64,000 nt of DNA from an uncultured Eubacteriales bacterium (GCA_964565645.1 CAZMFQ010000011.1:1717-65716), one strand, 5' to 3'. Positions 1 to 9,283 are shown, counted from the first letter of the stretch. The notes: generated by a model not told the origin, from the sequence alone. Translations and numbers: made by a program.

Positions 1-84
1 GCAGAACTGGCGCGGCAGTTCTGTCGGTATGTCGCGCCGGACCTGGTCGACTCCGAAGTGCTTGCGTTGTCAGGCGGAGCCTGA
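1..84 (+). CDS. 3' end of a cassette ORF (partial, AELARQFCRYVAPDLVDSEVLALSGGA*)
   Basis: Open frame 1 to TGA at 82-84, 30 bp before the first attC. Confidence 0.55.
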   Translation, partial: AELARQFCRYVAPDLVDSEVLALSGGA

Positions 85-114
85 TGCGAGGTGCGCACAG
101 GGTCGACGCCAGCC

Positions 115-198
115 ATCGAACAAAGGCATCGAGCGGACGGCGTCAGGTAGTATCAACCTGAGCGGTCTTGACCGCCGCTCATGCCTAACACGTTCGAC
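115..198 (+). repeat. attC site 1 (84 bp, family C)
   Basis: ATCGAAC...GTTCGAC; arms ggcatcgagcggacggc / accgccgctcatgcc. Confidence 0.85.
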
Positions 199-203
199 AT
201 GCT

Positions 204-878
204 GTGGTCGCTCAAGGGGGATTCGTGGCATCACCACGCTGGTGGAATACCGAGCTCCACAAGACGTCGGTGGCGTTCTACGCGCTCCTGAACACTTTCG
301 CATCGGCAGGCGTTCCCTGTCTCTTCATATACGCCGGCTGGTTCATGGAGACACTCAGGGGCGAACCCATTCCGCAGGTACCTCCGTGGATGATTCTCGT
401 GTGTGCTGCAACGTTCGTGTACTACGTTGTCTGGCTTGACTCGCGCCTCCCTGCGGTATTGAAGTTGCGCGAGCTTGTTGTCGAAGACGGTGACTACATC
501 TTCCGTGCGCAAGCCAATGCCGCATTCGGTGGTCGTTTTGGGCTTATGATCCCGTTGCTGGGACTGGCACGAGCAATGATGATCGGCCTCGCTTTGTTCG
601 GGGTTGTGTTCGCGGCGACGTTCTTTGGGGAAGGCTCGGGCCTTGCCTGGCTCGGACTCGGCATGGTCTTGCTGGCCGGAGCGGGCAACTGGCTCTCGTA
701 TTCGGAAGAGCGGTTGGAGATGAACGCCGCACTCGATGCTTTCGCCAAGTCCCATGGGGCTGATGACGGGCCACTGCTCGATGTGGCGACGGCTATTCGG
801 AGCAGGATCGTGGTGCCCGGTCGTGAGTCCGCGTCTGATGTCGAACTAGCGCTTCGAGCAGACGGCCAGGAGCGCTAG
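204..878 (+). CDS. Hypothetical membrane protein (cassette); reads into attC2
   Basis: About 4 hydrophobic segments; C-terminus ELALRADGQER* is encoded by attC. Confidence 0.75.
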   Translation: MVAQGGFVASPRWWNTELHKTSVAFYALLNTFASAGVPCLFIYAGWFMETLRGEPIPQVPPWMILVCAATFVYYVVWLDSRLPAVLKLRELVVEDGDYIFRAQANAAFGGRFGLMIPLLGLARAMMIGLALFGVVFAATFFGEGSGLAWLGLGMVLLAGAGNWLSYSEERLEMNAALDAFAKSHGADDGPLLDVATAIRSRIVVPGRESASDVELALRADGQER

Positions 879-923
879 ACTCATGAGAGCGCTGAGCCGC
901 TGCTCAAGCGCAACACGTTAGGC
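840..923 (+). repeat. attC site 2 (84 bp, family A)
   Basis: GTCGAAC-tagcgcttcgagcagacggcc...gccgctgctcaagcgcaacac-GTTAGGC. Confidence 0.95.
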
Positions 924-940
924 GTAGAAGGGCGAGTGAC

Positions 941-1858
941 TTGGGGGGCGATCCGCGAAGCGATTCAGAGCGTGTCGAGGACTTCTTCTCCCAGGAGGAG
1001 GGGCCCGATGCGACGGGGCGCCCCTCGGGGGGAGCCGCGAGTGACGTCGTTCAGACCGTGCCTTCGCCCGGCTATCGAGTCGGTGTGAGCGCCATGTTCG
1101 TCCTCGTCCTTCTCTTGGACGTCCTCATCACTCCGCGACCGGACTCCTCGGCCTTTGCGGGAATGAGGCCGTCGTGGTTCGCGGGACTCGCGCTCTGCGC
1201 GTTCGGTCTGTGGGTTTGGCGCATGATGGACCGACGTACCGCCAGTATCACGCCGCGCGCACGAATGTACATGCTTCTCTCAATCATGCTGGGACCGGTC
1301 CTCGCGCGATTCATGACAGCACTTGGCCCAGACATCGCCGCATTCGTTCTCGGCTCACTCGCCGCAATCCTGATTTGGCTGGCAATGCTCATTGGTGCTC
1401 CACGTACCGCCGGTGAAGGATCCGGTCAATCGGCTCCTTCCGTCGTTGACCTGCTGCCAGCGCGCACGGTACTGAGGCCTCGCGACTTCATGGACTGGAT
1501 CGGAGCGTTCCTGTTCACGGGAGCGGGCGGGTACCTGCTCGTGACGATCCCCGCAGCGCAGCCGGACGCGGCGGCGCGCATCCCGGCGTGGCTTGTCGGC
1601 GCCGCCCTTGCGGCGGTCAGCCACATCACCATGACGCAGTGGGGAAGTCGACGGTTGCGCCCGTTGCCGTCATTGTGGTTTCCCCTCATCTTCATGGCCC
1701 TGTTCGTGGGACTCGCACTAGCTGTCCGAACGGGGACGGCGGTCACACTCGCAGTTGATCTGTTCATCTCGTCCATCGTCGTGTTCGTCACCCTTGAAGG
1801 CGCGTTCCACATCTGGAGGTTGATCCGCTCACCCCGGGCGCAGCGCGTTCACGCCTAA
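941..1858 (+). CDS. Hypothetical multi-pass membrane protein (cassette)
   Basis: About 8 hydrophobic segments; TAA stop lies in the R'' box GCCTAAC. Confidence 0.8.
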   Translation: MGGDPRSDSERVEDFFSQEEGPDATGRPSGGAASDVVQTVPSPGYRVGVSAMFVLVLLLDVLITPRPDSSAFAGMRPSWFAGLALCAFGLWVWRMMDRRTASITPRARMYMLLSIMLGPVLARFMTALGPDIAAFVLGSLAAILIWLAMLIGAPRTAGEGSGQSAPSVVDLLPARTVLRPRDFMDWIGAFLFTGAGGYLLVTIPAAQPDAAARIPAWLVGAALAAVSHITMTQWGSRRLRPLPSLWFPLIFMALFVGLALAVRTGTAVTLAVDLFISSIVVFVTLEGAFHIWRLIRSPRAQRVHA

Positions 1859-1937
1859 CAATGGCATCGAGCAGAACGCCAGGAGGTAGACTGACCTGTA
1901 AGGCATAGGGCGTCTGCTCATGCCAAACACGTTAGGC
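1853..1937 (+). repeat. attC site 3 (85 bp, family C)
   Basis: GCCTAAC-aatggcatcgagcagaacgcc...ggcgtctgctcatgccaaacac-GTTAGGC. Confidence 0.9.
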
Positions 1938-1955
1938 TGGCAAAGGGTGGGCTGG

Positions 1956-2474
1956 ATGAGACTTGCGGTTGTCGCATTCCCACAGTTGGATCCGGAAGCC
2001 CTCGCTGCAGTCGAGTCCTTTCGTGCCCGTCACGACCCAATGGCGCAGCGTATCCAGGCGCACCTCACGATGGTCTTCCCGGCGGATGCCGATGCCGCTT
2101 CTTTGGCGGCTGAGATTCGCCTGGTCGCGGCTTCGAGTGCACCCGTGGACGTCACACTTGCTGACATCGATGTGTCGACCGGTATCGACGGCAGAAGCTA
2201 CGTGCTCCTCGAGGCTGTCGGCGGCCGTCCCTCTATCGAGAAGATGCACGATCGGCTGTACTCCGGGATGCTCGCGGATCAACTTCGCCACGATGTCGAG
2301 TATGTCCCGCACGTAACACTGGCTGTCAGCGAGGACCCGGAGGAAGCCGCGAGGTTGGCAGATGGTCTACTCGCATCCTGGAGTCCTGTGTCGGGTCGCA
2401 TTGTCGAACTCGTGCTCTTGGATCTTGAGCGCGATCCCTTCCGCACTGTCGAGGTGTTCTCGCTCGGCGGGTGA
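1956..2474 (+). CDS. 2H phosphoesterase / 2'-5' RNA ligase family protein (cassette)
   Basis: Two HxT motifs (AHLTMV, PHVTLA); ATG 1956 chosen because the ORF-track start lies inside attC. Confidence 0.85.
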   Translation: MRLAVVAFPQLDPEALAAVESFRARHDPMAQRIQAHLTMVFPADADAASLAAEIRLVAASSAPVDVTLADIDVSTGIDGRSYVLLEAVGGRPSIEKMHDRLYSGMLADQLRHDVEYVPHVTLAVSEDPEEAARLADGLLASWSPVSGRIVELVLLDLERDPFRTVEVFSLGG

Positions 2475-2478
2475 GGCA

Positions 2479-2584
2479 GCCTAACACGCGCTTCAACCTG
2501 ATGAACCTTGGCCGTGTCAGGTATCGTGAGTAGCGACAGCGCGCGAGGCCTGCGGTTCACAGGTTAAGCGCAGACACGTTAGGC
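2479..2584 (+). repeat. attC site 4 (106 bp, family B)
   Basis: GCCTAAC-acgcgcttcaacctgatgaaccttggcc...ggcctgcggttcacaggttaagcgcagacac-GTTAGGC. Confidence 0.9.
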
Positions 2585-2592
2585 CGAATGGA

Positions 2593-3126
2593 GTGCCCAT
2601 GTATCGCCGAACGCGTGCTCTGACTGCGACGGTTCTCGTCTGTCTCTTGCTCATAGGTACCGTAGCCTGTACCCGTAGCAGCGGGAGCGAAGGCTCGGAA
2701 GCGCCGGACGGCCCGATGATACTTGGCCCCTACTCCGCCGACGTGGCGGTTCACCTCGGTGACGTCACCATCATGGTCACTGATGTTCAAGTGCTCGAAG
2801 CAACCGCAACGGCCGGCTCATTCGTCTACGGGCTCTCAAACCGTCCGGGAGAAGCCGCACCAGAAGGCAGCCGGTTCGTCGACATCACAGTGCAGGTGGA
2901 CGATCCGGCCCGACGATACTTCGAGGCCGGTGGTCTGTTCACCTCACCGGTGGTCTTGGCTGACGGCGAACGGGTCGAGGTCGGGGAGCGCGCACGTAGC
3001 GGTGGCGATAGCCCGCTCATCGAGGAGCGTATGGAGTTCGCTGTTCCAGAGACAGCCCGCGATGTTGTGTTGCAGCTTCCGCTTAGCGGGGAGTCGACGG
3101 CTGTCCCTTCCTTTCGCTTGTGGTAG
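2593..3126 (+). CDS. Putative lipoprotein, Ig-like DUF4352-like fold possible (cassette)
   Basis: Basic N-terminus, hydrophobic core, lipobox TVAC. Confidence 0.75.
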   Translation: MPMYRRTRALTATVLVCLLLIGTVACTRSSGSEGSEAPDGPMILGPYSADVAVHLGDVTIMVTDVQVLEATATAGSFVYGLSNRPGEAAPEGSRFVDITVQVDDPARRYFEAGGLFTSPVVLADGERVEVGERARSGGDSPLIEERMEFAVPETARDVVLQLPLSGESTAVPSFRLW

Positions 3127-3130
3127 ATCG

Positions 3131-3214
3131 GCCTAACTAGCGCTTCGAGCAGACGGCCAGGAGCGCTAGACTCATGAGAGCGCTGAGCCGCTGCTCAAGC
3201 GCAACACGTTAGCG
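3131..3214 (+). repeat. attC site 5 (family A)
   Basis: GCCTAAC...GTTAGCG, 84 bp. Confidence 0.95.
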
Positions 3215-3220
3215 GGACGC

Positions 3221-3625
3221 CTAGACGCGTTTCGCGCTGTGCGAGCGGATCCAGTCCGCGAGTGTCGGCTCATCGAGTGTCCCGGAGGCCAGAGCGACCA
3301 TCGTGGTCACTACTTCGGACTCCTCGGCGGTGAACTCGAGACCGTTGAGTCCCAGGAACACCGCCATCGCCACGAAGGCCACACGTTTGTTGCCGTCGAC
3401 GTAGGGATGATTGCTCGACAGCCCGAACCCGTACGCTGCAGCAAGCCCGGCCAAGTCCGTCGACGGTTCATGCGCCAGCTTCTGGCGTGGGCGAGCGAGT
3501 GCGGATTCGAGCAGGTCCTCGTCTCGCAGTCCCGGCAGCCCTCCATGGGTGAGCAGCATGTCGGTGTGCACTGCGTCGATGACCACCCGCGTGACCCAGC
3601 GCGGTTCTTGTTTGCTGTGAGCCAT
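3221..3625 (-). CDS. doc: Fic/Doc family toxin (death-on-curing)
   Basis: Fic motif HPYVDGNKR; 134 aa; directly downstream of AbrB-type antitoxin. Confidence 0.92.
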   Translation of the reverse strand: MAHSKQEPRWVTRVVIDAVHTDMLLTHGGLPGLRDEDLLESALARPRQKLAHEPSTDLAGLAAAYGFGLSSNHPYVDGNKRVAFVAMAVFLGLNGLEFTAEESEVVTTMVALASGTLDEPTLADWIRSHSAKRV

Positions 3626-3628
3626 GGG

Positions 3629-3856
3629 CTACTTGGCCAGTTCGCGCAATGCGTTGCGGTACGTGCGGGCCACGCTTGATGCGATCGCGAGCGCTTCTTC
3701 GGTGTCAGGATCGTAGGGGGTGAGCAGGATCCCGCGCTCCGTCTCGATGGCGATCACCGTGTCGCCGGCCTCGAGCTTGAGCCTGTCTGCCATGTCCTTG
3801 GGCAGCGTGGCGGCGATGGAGCCGCCGGCGCGCCGCAGTTTCACTCCCTGGGTCAT
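3629..3856 (-). CDS. AbrB/MazE/SpoVT family antitoxin
   Basis: KLRRAGGSIAATLPKDMADRLKLEAGD motif; GGAGG RBS before ATG 3856. Confidence 0.9.
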   Translation of the reverse strand: MTQGVKLRRAGGSIAATLPKDMADRLKLEAGDTVIAIETERGILLTPYDPDTEEALAIASSVARTYRNALRELAK

Positions 3857-3885
3857 CTTTGAGCCTCCGTAGATGGGTTGCATGG

Positions 3886-3907
3886 ATTGTAGCATACTTG
3901 TGCTACA
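3886..3907 (-). promoter_or_regulatory. TA promoter/operator: TGTAGCA-N6-TGCTACA inverted repeat overlapping extended -10 (TGcTACAAT, minus strand)
   Basis: Perfect 7-6-7 dyad, conserved in the second TA copy while flanking DNA diverges. Confidence 0.7.
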
Positions 3908-3915
3908 CAACCGCC

Positions 3916-3999
3916 CGCTAACTAGCGCTTCGAGCAGACGGCCAGGAGCGCTAGACTCATGAGAGCGCTGAGCCGCTGCTCAAGCGCAACACGTTAGAC
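3916..3999 (+). repeat. attC site 6 (family A)
   Basis: CGCTAAC...GTTAGAC. Confidence 0.95.
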
Positions 4000-4032
4000 C
4001 CACTGACTGCATTCGCCGCGAGGTAGGGACCC

Positions 4033-4422
4033 ATGGATCTGCTTCCTCACGAGGACAAGCTGATGCGTTGTCTGCTCTCGGGTGATGACCCTATCCTGGC
4101 GGCCCTCCGTGCCCAGTACGATCAGGCAATCGTCGTTGATCGTGAGTACACCCGCTCGGGATTCTTCACGACGTTCCACGTCCCGCAAGACCTCCAGGCT
4201 GTCGTGCCTGCAGAGTTGCACATCGGCGATGTATGGTTCGATCGTGACGATGATGATGCTGGCGGGGAGGCGATCTTGTTCGTCAGTTCCGGACGTCTCG
4301 CCGTGCTCGAAGGCGTTGCCAGAAGTGGGGTCTGGCCGGAGGACGCGCTCGTAGGGGACATCCACTACTTCGGCGAGTCGAGAGACCTTGCCGCGTTGCG
4401 GGAGTCGTGGGGGGGGGTCTAA
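4033..4422 (+). CDS. Hypothetical acidic protein (cassette)
   Basis: RBS aggtaggg; stop within R'' GTCTAAC; no family recognised. Confidence 0.75.
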   Translation: MDLLPHEDKLMRCLLSGDDPILAALRAQYDQAIVVDREYTRSGFFTTFHVPQDLQAVVPAELHIGDVWFDRDDDDAGGEAILFVSSGRLAVLEGVARSGVWPEDALVGDIHYFGESRDLAALRESWGGV

Positions 4423-4500
4423 CTAGCGCTTCGAGCAGACGGCCAGGAGCGCTAGACTCATGAAAGCGCTGAGCCGCTGCTCAAGCGCAACACGTTAGAA
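4417..4500 (+). repeat. attC site 7 (family A)
   Basis: GTCTAAC...GTTAGAA. Confidence 0.95.
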
Positions 4501-4580
4501 CCACCACGACAAGTCACGATGTCAGTCATCGGCGGTATGATGTTCTCGTGAGCATCGAACCCCCTGTGAGGTGAACTGCG

Positions 4581-4805
4581 ATGACCATCGAAGAATTGAA
4601 GCGCGAGGCACTGCGGCTCGACCCATCGGGTCGTGCTGATCTCGCCCGCGAGCTGCTCGAGAGTCTTGATGACCTACCTGAGTCGGAAGTCGAGCGCCTC
4701 TGGCTTGAAGAGGCTGAGCGCCGCCGGGTCGAGGTTCAGTCCGGCAACGTGACTCCGGTCCCGATGGATGAGGTCTTCGCAAGAGCGCGGGCAGCTCGCG
4801 CATGA
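4581..4805 (+). CDS. Addiction-module antitoxin component
   Basis: 74 aa; L..RADLARELLESLD...ERLWLEEAERR pattern; overlaps toxin start (ATGA). Confidence 0.85.
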   Translation: MTIEELKREALRLDPSGRADLARELLESLDDLPESEVERLWLEEAERRRVEVQSGNVTPVPMDEVFARARAARA

Positions 4806-5098
4806 GCCACTCGGTTGCGTTCGAGCCCACCGCCTCTCTTGAGCTCAACGAGGCGGCAGACTTCTACGACCTAGAGCGCCCTGGTTTGGGTACTGAGTTC
4901 CTCGACGCAGTCGAAGCCGCACTCATTGTCGTGGCAGACACGCCGGCCGCGTTCCCGATCGAACTGGGCGAGACGCGCAAGCGCGTCATCAGTCGATTCC
5001 CATACTCCATCATGTACTGGTTCGATGACGCTACCGTGCACGTTTCAGCCATCGCGCATCACAGGCAACGACCCCGGTACTGGGGTGACCGTCCTTAG
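4802..5098 (+). CDS. RelE/ParE family toxin
   Basis: 98 aa; RVISRFPYSIMY...VSAIAHHRQRPRYW. Confidence 0.88.
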   Translation: MSHSVAFEPTASLELNEAADFYDLERPGLGTEFLDAVEAALIVVADTPAAFPIELGETRKRVISRFPYSIMYWFDDATVHVSAIAHHRQRPRYWGDRP

Positions 5099-5109
5099 CT
5101 GTCGTGGGG

Positions 5110-5193
5110 TTCTAACTAGCGCTTCGAGCAGACGGCCAGGAGCGGTATTGTGATGAAAGCGCTGAGCCGCTGCTCAAGCGCAACACGTTGGGC
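5110..5193 (+). repeat. attC site 8 (family A, ggtattgtgatg loop subtype)
   Basis: TTCTAAC...GTTGGGC. Confidence 0.95.
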
Positions 5194-5267
5194 AGACCGA
5201 TGTGGCGGCGGGCAATCGCGGGATCCAGCAGCCTCACGCCTGAGCGCAAGCCATGAATGGGAGCTAG

Positions 5268-5666
5268 ATGGACTTCAGCAGTTGGCCAGCTATGGCTTAC
5301 ACGGTCTTGCCGGTCGTCGCATACGCGGGACTCCTGATTGGCGGGGTCTTCGTAGTCTATCGCCTCGTCACAGGGGCCTGGCACCCGGCGACCGCGGTTC
5401 CCATGGGATGGGCGTTATGCCCGGTCGCGCTCGTCAGTGGCATGATCGTGGCCACCATCGTGACTCCGGACTGGAACCCAATCACGATGTTCGTCTTCTG
5501 GATCCCATTCTTCACAATCGGCGCGTGGGCGCTCTACTTCTCAGTGTTCACGCAGCGCGGTCTCGACCGGGCGAAGGCCAGTCGGCGTGCGCTTCTATTG
5601 TCAGTTCCTTCGCTGCTCCTGGCCCCCTTGGTTGCGATGGCGGTACTGCTGTTTCCGGGTCTGTGA
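5268..5666 (+). CDS. Hypothetical membrane protein (cassette)
   Basis: 4 hydrophobic segments. Confidence 0.7.
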   Translation: MDFSSWPAMAYTVLPVVAYAGLLIGGVFVVYRLVTGAWHPATAVPMGWALCPVALVSGMIVATIVTPDWNPITMFVFWIPFFTIGAWALYFSVFTQRGLDRAKASRRALLLSVPSLLLAPLVAMAVLLFPGL

Positions 5667-5683
5667 TGGGCCATCGCTGGCTT

Positions 5684-5767
5684 GCCCAACTAGCTCTTCG
5701 AGCAGACGGCCAGAACCGCTAGACTCATGAAAGCGCTGAGCCGCTGCTCAAGCGCAACACGTTAGGT
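5684..5767 (+). repeat. attC site 9 (family A)
   Basis: GCCCAAC...GTTAGGT. Confidence 0.93.
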
Positions 5768-5795
5768 AGGGCGTAGATCGACGGGGGGCATTCGG

Positions 5796-6179
5796 GTGAT
5801 GCGAGGCCACTTGTTTGGACTGGATTTGCGCCTACTACTCCTGCTTGGCCTCAGCTCCCTGGTACTGCTTGCATGTTCACCCGGCTCACCGCCACGGCCC
5901 CAAGAGCAGCCGTATCGTTTTGATTCTGTTCGCTGGAAGCAGTCAATGCCGCATTCGCGCGATCTGGCGCAGGAGGTCATCGACAGGAGTCTGGTCAGTT
6001 CCATGACGCCCGAGCAGGTCTTCGAGTTGCTTGGTCCACCTGACTCATCTGCGATACCGGCGGACCTAGCTCCGGGGGACGAGTACCGAATCGGATTCTC
6101 GGTGGAGGCCACTCACGGTGTCGGGGAACTCGACTTACGCTTCTTGGGCGGGCGAGTGGCAGAGGCCGAACTGCACTGA
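5796..6179 (+). CDS. Putative lipoprotein with SmpA/BamE-like motif (cassette)
   Basis: Lipobox LLAC; MTPEQVFELLGPPD motif. Confidence 0.7.
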   Translation: MMRGHLFGLDLRLLLLLGLSSLVLLACSPGSPPRPQEQPYRFDSVRWKQSMPHSRDLAQEVIDRSLVSSMTPEQVFELLGPPDSSAIPADLAPGDEYRIGFSVEATHGVGELDLRFLGGRVAEAELH

Positions 6180-6202
6180 ATGCTGAGCGGTTGACGGCGC
6201 CT

Positions 6203-6286
6203 ACCTAACTGGCGCTTCGAGCAGACGGCCAGGAGCGGTATTGTGATGGAGGCGCTGGGCCGCTGCTCAAGCGCAACACGTTAGGA
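6203..6286 (+). repeat. attC site 10 (family A)
   Basis: ACCTAAC...GTTAGGA. Confidence 0.93.
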
Positions 6287-6302
6287 CTACCAAGGGGAGC
6301 GC

Positions 6303-6698
6303 ATGACACGTGTGGCAGTAGCGAGTCTGATCGCAGGCGCTGCCTTCCTCGTCATCGTGCTTGATGCTGGCGCGGGTCTTGGGGTTGCAGAACACCTGAT
6401 GATTCTCGCGATCGTAGTGGTAACCGGAATCGGCCCGTTCGCGTTCGGTGCGGTTGTTCGGCTGCTGTGGAAGTCGGATGACGTTCCGCAGGCCCTTCCT
6501 TGGCTGTTCGCCGTTGCGCTCGGCCTAATCCGGTATGTTGCGCCTCAATTCGGCGGGCTGACAGTCTGGGCTTCAAAGCCCATCTCGGTACTGATGACCA
6601 TCGCGCTGGGCGGTGCGTTTGCTGAACTAGGAATCGCTAGCGCTACCGCGATGCTGCGGCGTCGCGTCTTGCGTGATTCGGCGTCGTCTGAGTCCTAA
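6303..6698 (+). CDS. Hypothetical membrane protein (cassette)
   Basis: 4 hydrophobic segments; RBS ggggag; stop in R''. Confidence 0.8.
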   Translation: MTRVAVASLIAGAAFLVIVLDAGAGLGVAEHLMILAIVVVTGIGPFAFGAVVRLLWKSDDVPQALPWLFAVALGLIRYVAPQFGGLTVWASKPISVLMTIALGGAFAELGIASATAMLRRRVLRDSASSES

Positions 6699-6776
6699 CT
6701 AGCGCTTCGAGCAGACGGCCAGAACCGCTAGACTCATGAGAGCGCTGAGCCGCTGCTCAAGCGCAACACGTTAGAC
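6693..6776 (+). repeat. attC site 11 (family A)
   Basis: TCCTAAC...GTTAGAC. Confidence 0.95.
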
Positions 6777-6791
6777 ACCTTTGGGGGACAA

Positions 6792-7442
6792 TTGCGGCGA
6801 CTCGGGGTAGTGGCGATCGTGTTCGTCGGTCTGACTGCGATCGCGCAGGCGATCACGACCCTGGCGGGCAATGCCTGGGCGTTTGTTGCCCTCACCGAAC
6901 CGGCCATCGAGAATGTCCTCACGGTCGTTGGGCTTGTGGCGAGTGTTGTCCTCTCACTTGCGTTCGGATTCGTCCTGCTAGCCAAGCGCCATCGGCTCGC
7001 TGACCGGCTTCTCGATGACACAGAGGTCGATTTCGCCATCGACGGAGTGACAATGCTCCGAGTCGCGGTGATCGTCTTTGGACTGATACTGCTTGTCGGC
7101 TCAGTTCCTCGGCTGGTCAGTTCTGTGAGTTCGTGGGCAACCCAAGTGGCTCTAGAGCGTTCCTATGACATGGAGCTCACCCAAGAAACCGGTGAGTACT
7201 GGTCCATGGTCGCAAGCGCGCTGATCGGCATCATCGAAGCAGTGGTCGGCGCCGTCTTCCTTGTGCGCTCGCAATGGCTGGCTGAGCGCCTGTGGTTCGG
7301 TGCGCGGCCCGTCGCTGTCGCTGCCTCGCCCTCGTCCAATTGCCCAAGTTGTGGAGCCGGGTTCGACCCCGACGACTACGTGGACAGGGCCAACGCACGC
7401 TGCGTCGAATGCCGTGAGCTGCTATTCCCAGAAAGTGTCTAA
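6792..7442 (+). CDS. Membrane protein with C-terminal Zn-ribbon (cassette)
   Basis: 4 TM segments, then CPSC...CVEC; stop in R''. Confidence 0.78.
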   Translation: MRRLGVVAIVFVGLTAIAQAITTLAGNAWAFVALTEPAIENVLTVVGLVASVVLSLAFGFVLLAKRHRLADRLLDDTEVDFAIDGVTMLRVAVIVFGLILLVGSVPRLVSSVSSWATQVALERSYDMELTQETGEYWSMVASALIGIIEAVVGAVFLVRSQWLAERLWFGARPVAVAASPSSNCPSCGAGFDPDDYVDRANARCVECRELLFPESV

Positions 7443-7520
7443 CTAGCGCTTCGAGCAGACGGCCAGGAGCGCTAGACTCATGAGAGCGCTGAGCCGCTGC
7501 TCAAGCGCAACACGTTCGAC
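7437..7520 (+). repeat. attC site 12 (family A)
   Basis: GTCTAAC...GTTCGAC. Confidence 0.95.
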
Positions 7521-7535
7521 AAACGATGAAGGGCG

Positions 7536-8081
7536 GTGAGCTTCGCAGTGAGTCTACCCCCGACTCCACAGCGCACCACGCCTGGATTCTCGTTCTCAAT
7601 CGTCGAGCGCTCTCTTCGCGACTGCATTGCCGATCGCAAGTTTGGCGCGCCGGAGAAGGTAGTCGCCGCGGAGTTCTTCGGCGGCGAATGCGCATTCTGC
7701 GGGGCAACGCCAATCCAGCGTTGGGACCATCTGGTGGCCGTGTCGCAGGGCGGGGACACCGTACTGGGAAACATGGTCCCCGCTTGCGCACAGTGCGACG
7801 ATTCCAAGCGACATCTCCCGTTCGATGACTGGGCCCTCGGGGACTCAGCGGGGTCACCGCGCTCTCGTGGCGTGTTGGATCTCGAAGCGAGACTGGATCG
7901 GATTCGTGAGTACGTCGCCGTGTACGGCTACGCGGCGCGACAGCCGGAGCAACGTCTCACTCCAGACGAGCTTGAGCAGTACGAGTTGATCCGGCTTGAG
8001 TTACAGCGCCTTCGCCGTGACGTCGATAAGTTCATCGCGATGCATCGTGAGGCGTCAGCTACGGAATCCGCGTCCGGCTGA
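7536..8081 (+). CDS. HNH endonuclease (cassette, copy 1)
   Basis: CAFCG...WDHLVAVSQGG...NMVPACAQC, followed by a coiled-coil tail. Confidence 0.88.
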   Translation: MSFAVSLPPTPQRTTPGFSFSIVERSLRDCIADRKFGAPEKVVAAEFFGGECAFCGATPIQRWDHLVAVSQGGDTVLGNMVPACAQCDDSKRHLPFDDWALGDSAGSPRSRGVLDLEARLDRIREYVAVYGYAARQPEQRLTPDELEQYELIRLELQRLRRDVDKFIAMHREASATESASG

Positions 8082-8086
8082 TCGTT

Positions 8087-8170
8087 GTCGAACTAGCGCT
8101 TCGAGCAGACGGCCAGAACCGCTAGACTCATGAAAGCGCTGAGCCGCTGCTCAAGCGCAACACGTTCGAC
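8087..8170 (+). repeat. attC site 13 (family A)
   Basis: GTCGAAC...GTTCGAC. Confidence 0.95.
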
Positions 8171-8209
8171 AGAACGCGATGGCTCCCTCGGCGAGAAGGC
8201 AGGCATGCT

Positions 8210-8650
8210 TTGGTGGCAGACGTGGGGCAGGATATCGAAGGCTCGGGTGCCGCGATAGTTGCCCGACCGTGGTATCCCCCGTTCCTCGCTGGCTTGCTCA
8301 CCGCATCGATTTCGCTCGCAGCCTCATGGGTGGCGATGGTCGTGGTAGGACTACATGGATTGGCCTCGTATGCCTTCATCGTCTGCGGCGCGCTCATCTC
8401 TTGGGGAATCGGAAGTGCGCTCTCGCGCATGCGAGGCCTTGACGATCTGGACCACTGGCCCCACTGGCCGCTCAGCCTTGGCACCGTGCTTCCCCTCTTC
8501 GGATTCATCGGCTTCACCTACATGAGGGTCGAGTGGTTCGGATGGCACGAATCTGTGCCGATGGAGTCGGTGTTCTATCCCGCACTGGCATTCTCAATCG
8601 CCATGAGACCCGCGGTGAAGTTCAGACGCGCGGGGGGCAATGTCAACTAG
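8210..8650 (+). CDS. Hypothetical membrane protein (cassette, copy 1)
   Basis: 4 hydrophobic segments; near-duplicate at 17864. Confidence 0.78.
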   Translation: MVADVGQDIEGSGAAIVARPWYPPFLAGLLTASISLAASWVAMVVVGLHGLASYAFIVCGALISWGIGSALSRMRGLDDLDHWPHWPLSLGTVLPLFGFIGFTYMRVEWFGWHESVPMESVFYPALAFSIAMRPAVKFRRAGGNVN

Positions 8651-8658
8651 GGCGTCTT

Positions 8659-8742
8659 GTCGAACTAGCGCTTCGAGCAGACGGCCAGGAGCGGTATTGT
8701 GATGGGAGCGCTGAGCCGCTGCTCAAGCGCAACACGTTCGAC
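8659..8742 (+). repeat. attC site 14 (family A)
   Basis: GTCGAAC...GTTCGAC. Confidence 0.95.
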
Positions 8743-8755
8743 CGAATGAGGGCTC

Positions 8756-9283
8756 ATGAAACGCCTGGCAGTAATGCTCGCCATCGCCTGCGTGCTTGCC
8801 GCAAGTGCACTCGCATCAGGATGCGGATCTACTCCTACTGCAGACGACACCGAGGCCGCCTATGGCCTCGACCCAAGCCAGTTCCAGCCCGAGAGCGAAC
8901 CGATCAAGGCCTCGATGCCCCGGCTGGAGTTCGCCGGGCTCGTCGATCTCACGGGCGATGAGGTATCCGCGGGGACCCAACTCGCCCCAGAGGACTACAC
9001 CGTATTCTCGACCGGGAGCGGTGTGACCTCGATCCAGTGGGTCCTGGTGATCGAACAGCAGTCCACTCAGCTCTGGATGACCCTCGATGATGAGAGCGCC
9101 TCAGAGGTCGAGTCATGGACGACGGCTCATGTCGGCGAGCCAATGGTGCTGATAGCGGATGGCGAGGTCGTTACGAGTGCAACGATTCTTGAGCCCATCA
9201 CTGGCGGCAGCCTAGCCGTGGACATGGAGGCGGGCCAAGACACTCGCGAACGACTTGAAGCCCTGGTTGTCCGGGGCGAGTAG
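8756..9283 (+). CDS. Lipoprotein with SecD/SecF P1-head-like domain (cassette)
   Basis: Lipobox ASGC; TLDDESA..VESWT..HVGEPMVLIADGEVVTSATILEPITGG resembles the SecD head. Confidence 0.72.
   Translation: MKRLAVMLAIACVLAASALASGCGSTPTADDTEAAYGLDPSQFQPESEPIKASMPRLEFAGLVDLTGDEVSAGTQLAPEDYTVFSTGSGVTSIQWVLVIEQQSTQLWMTLDDESASEVESWTTAHVGEPMVLIADGEVVTSATILEPITGGSLAVDMEAGQDTRERLEALVVRGE

Noticed and set aside
7514-8093. GTCGAAC/GTTCGAC cores resemble half-sites of the actinobacterial LexA box (TCGAAC-N4-GTTCGA)
   Set aside because: The halves are 70 bp or a whole cassette apart and I found no complete box. Treated as coincidence unless LexA binding is shown.
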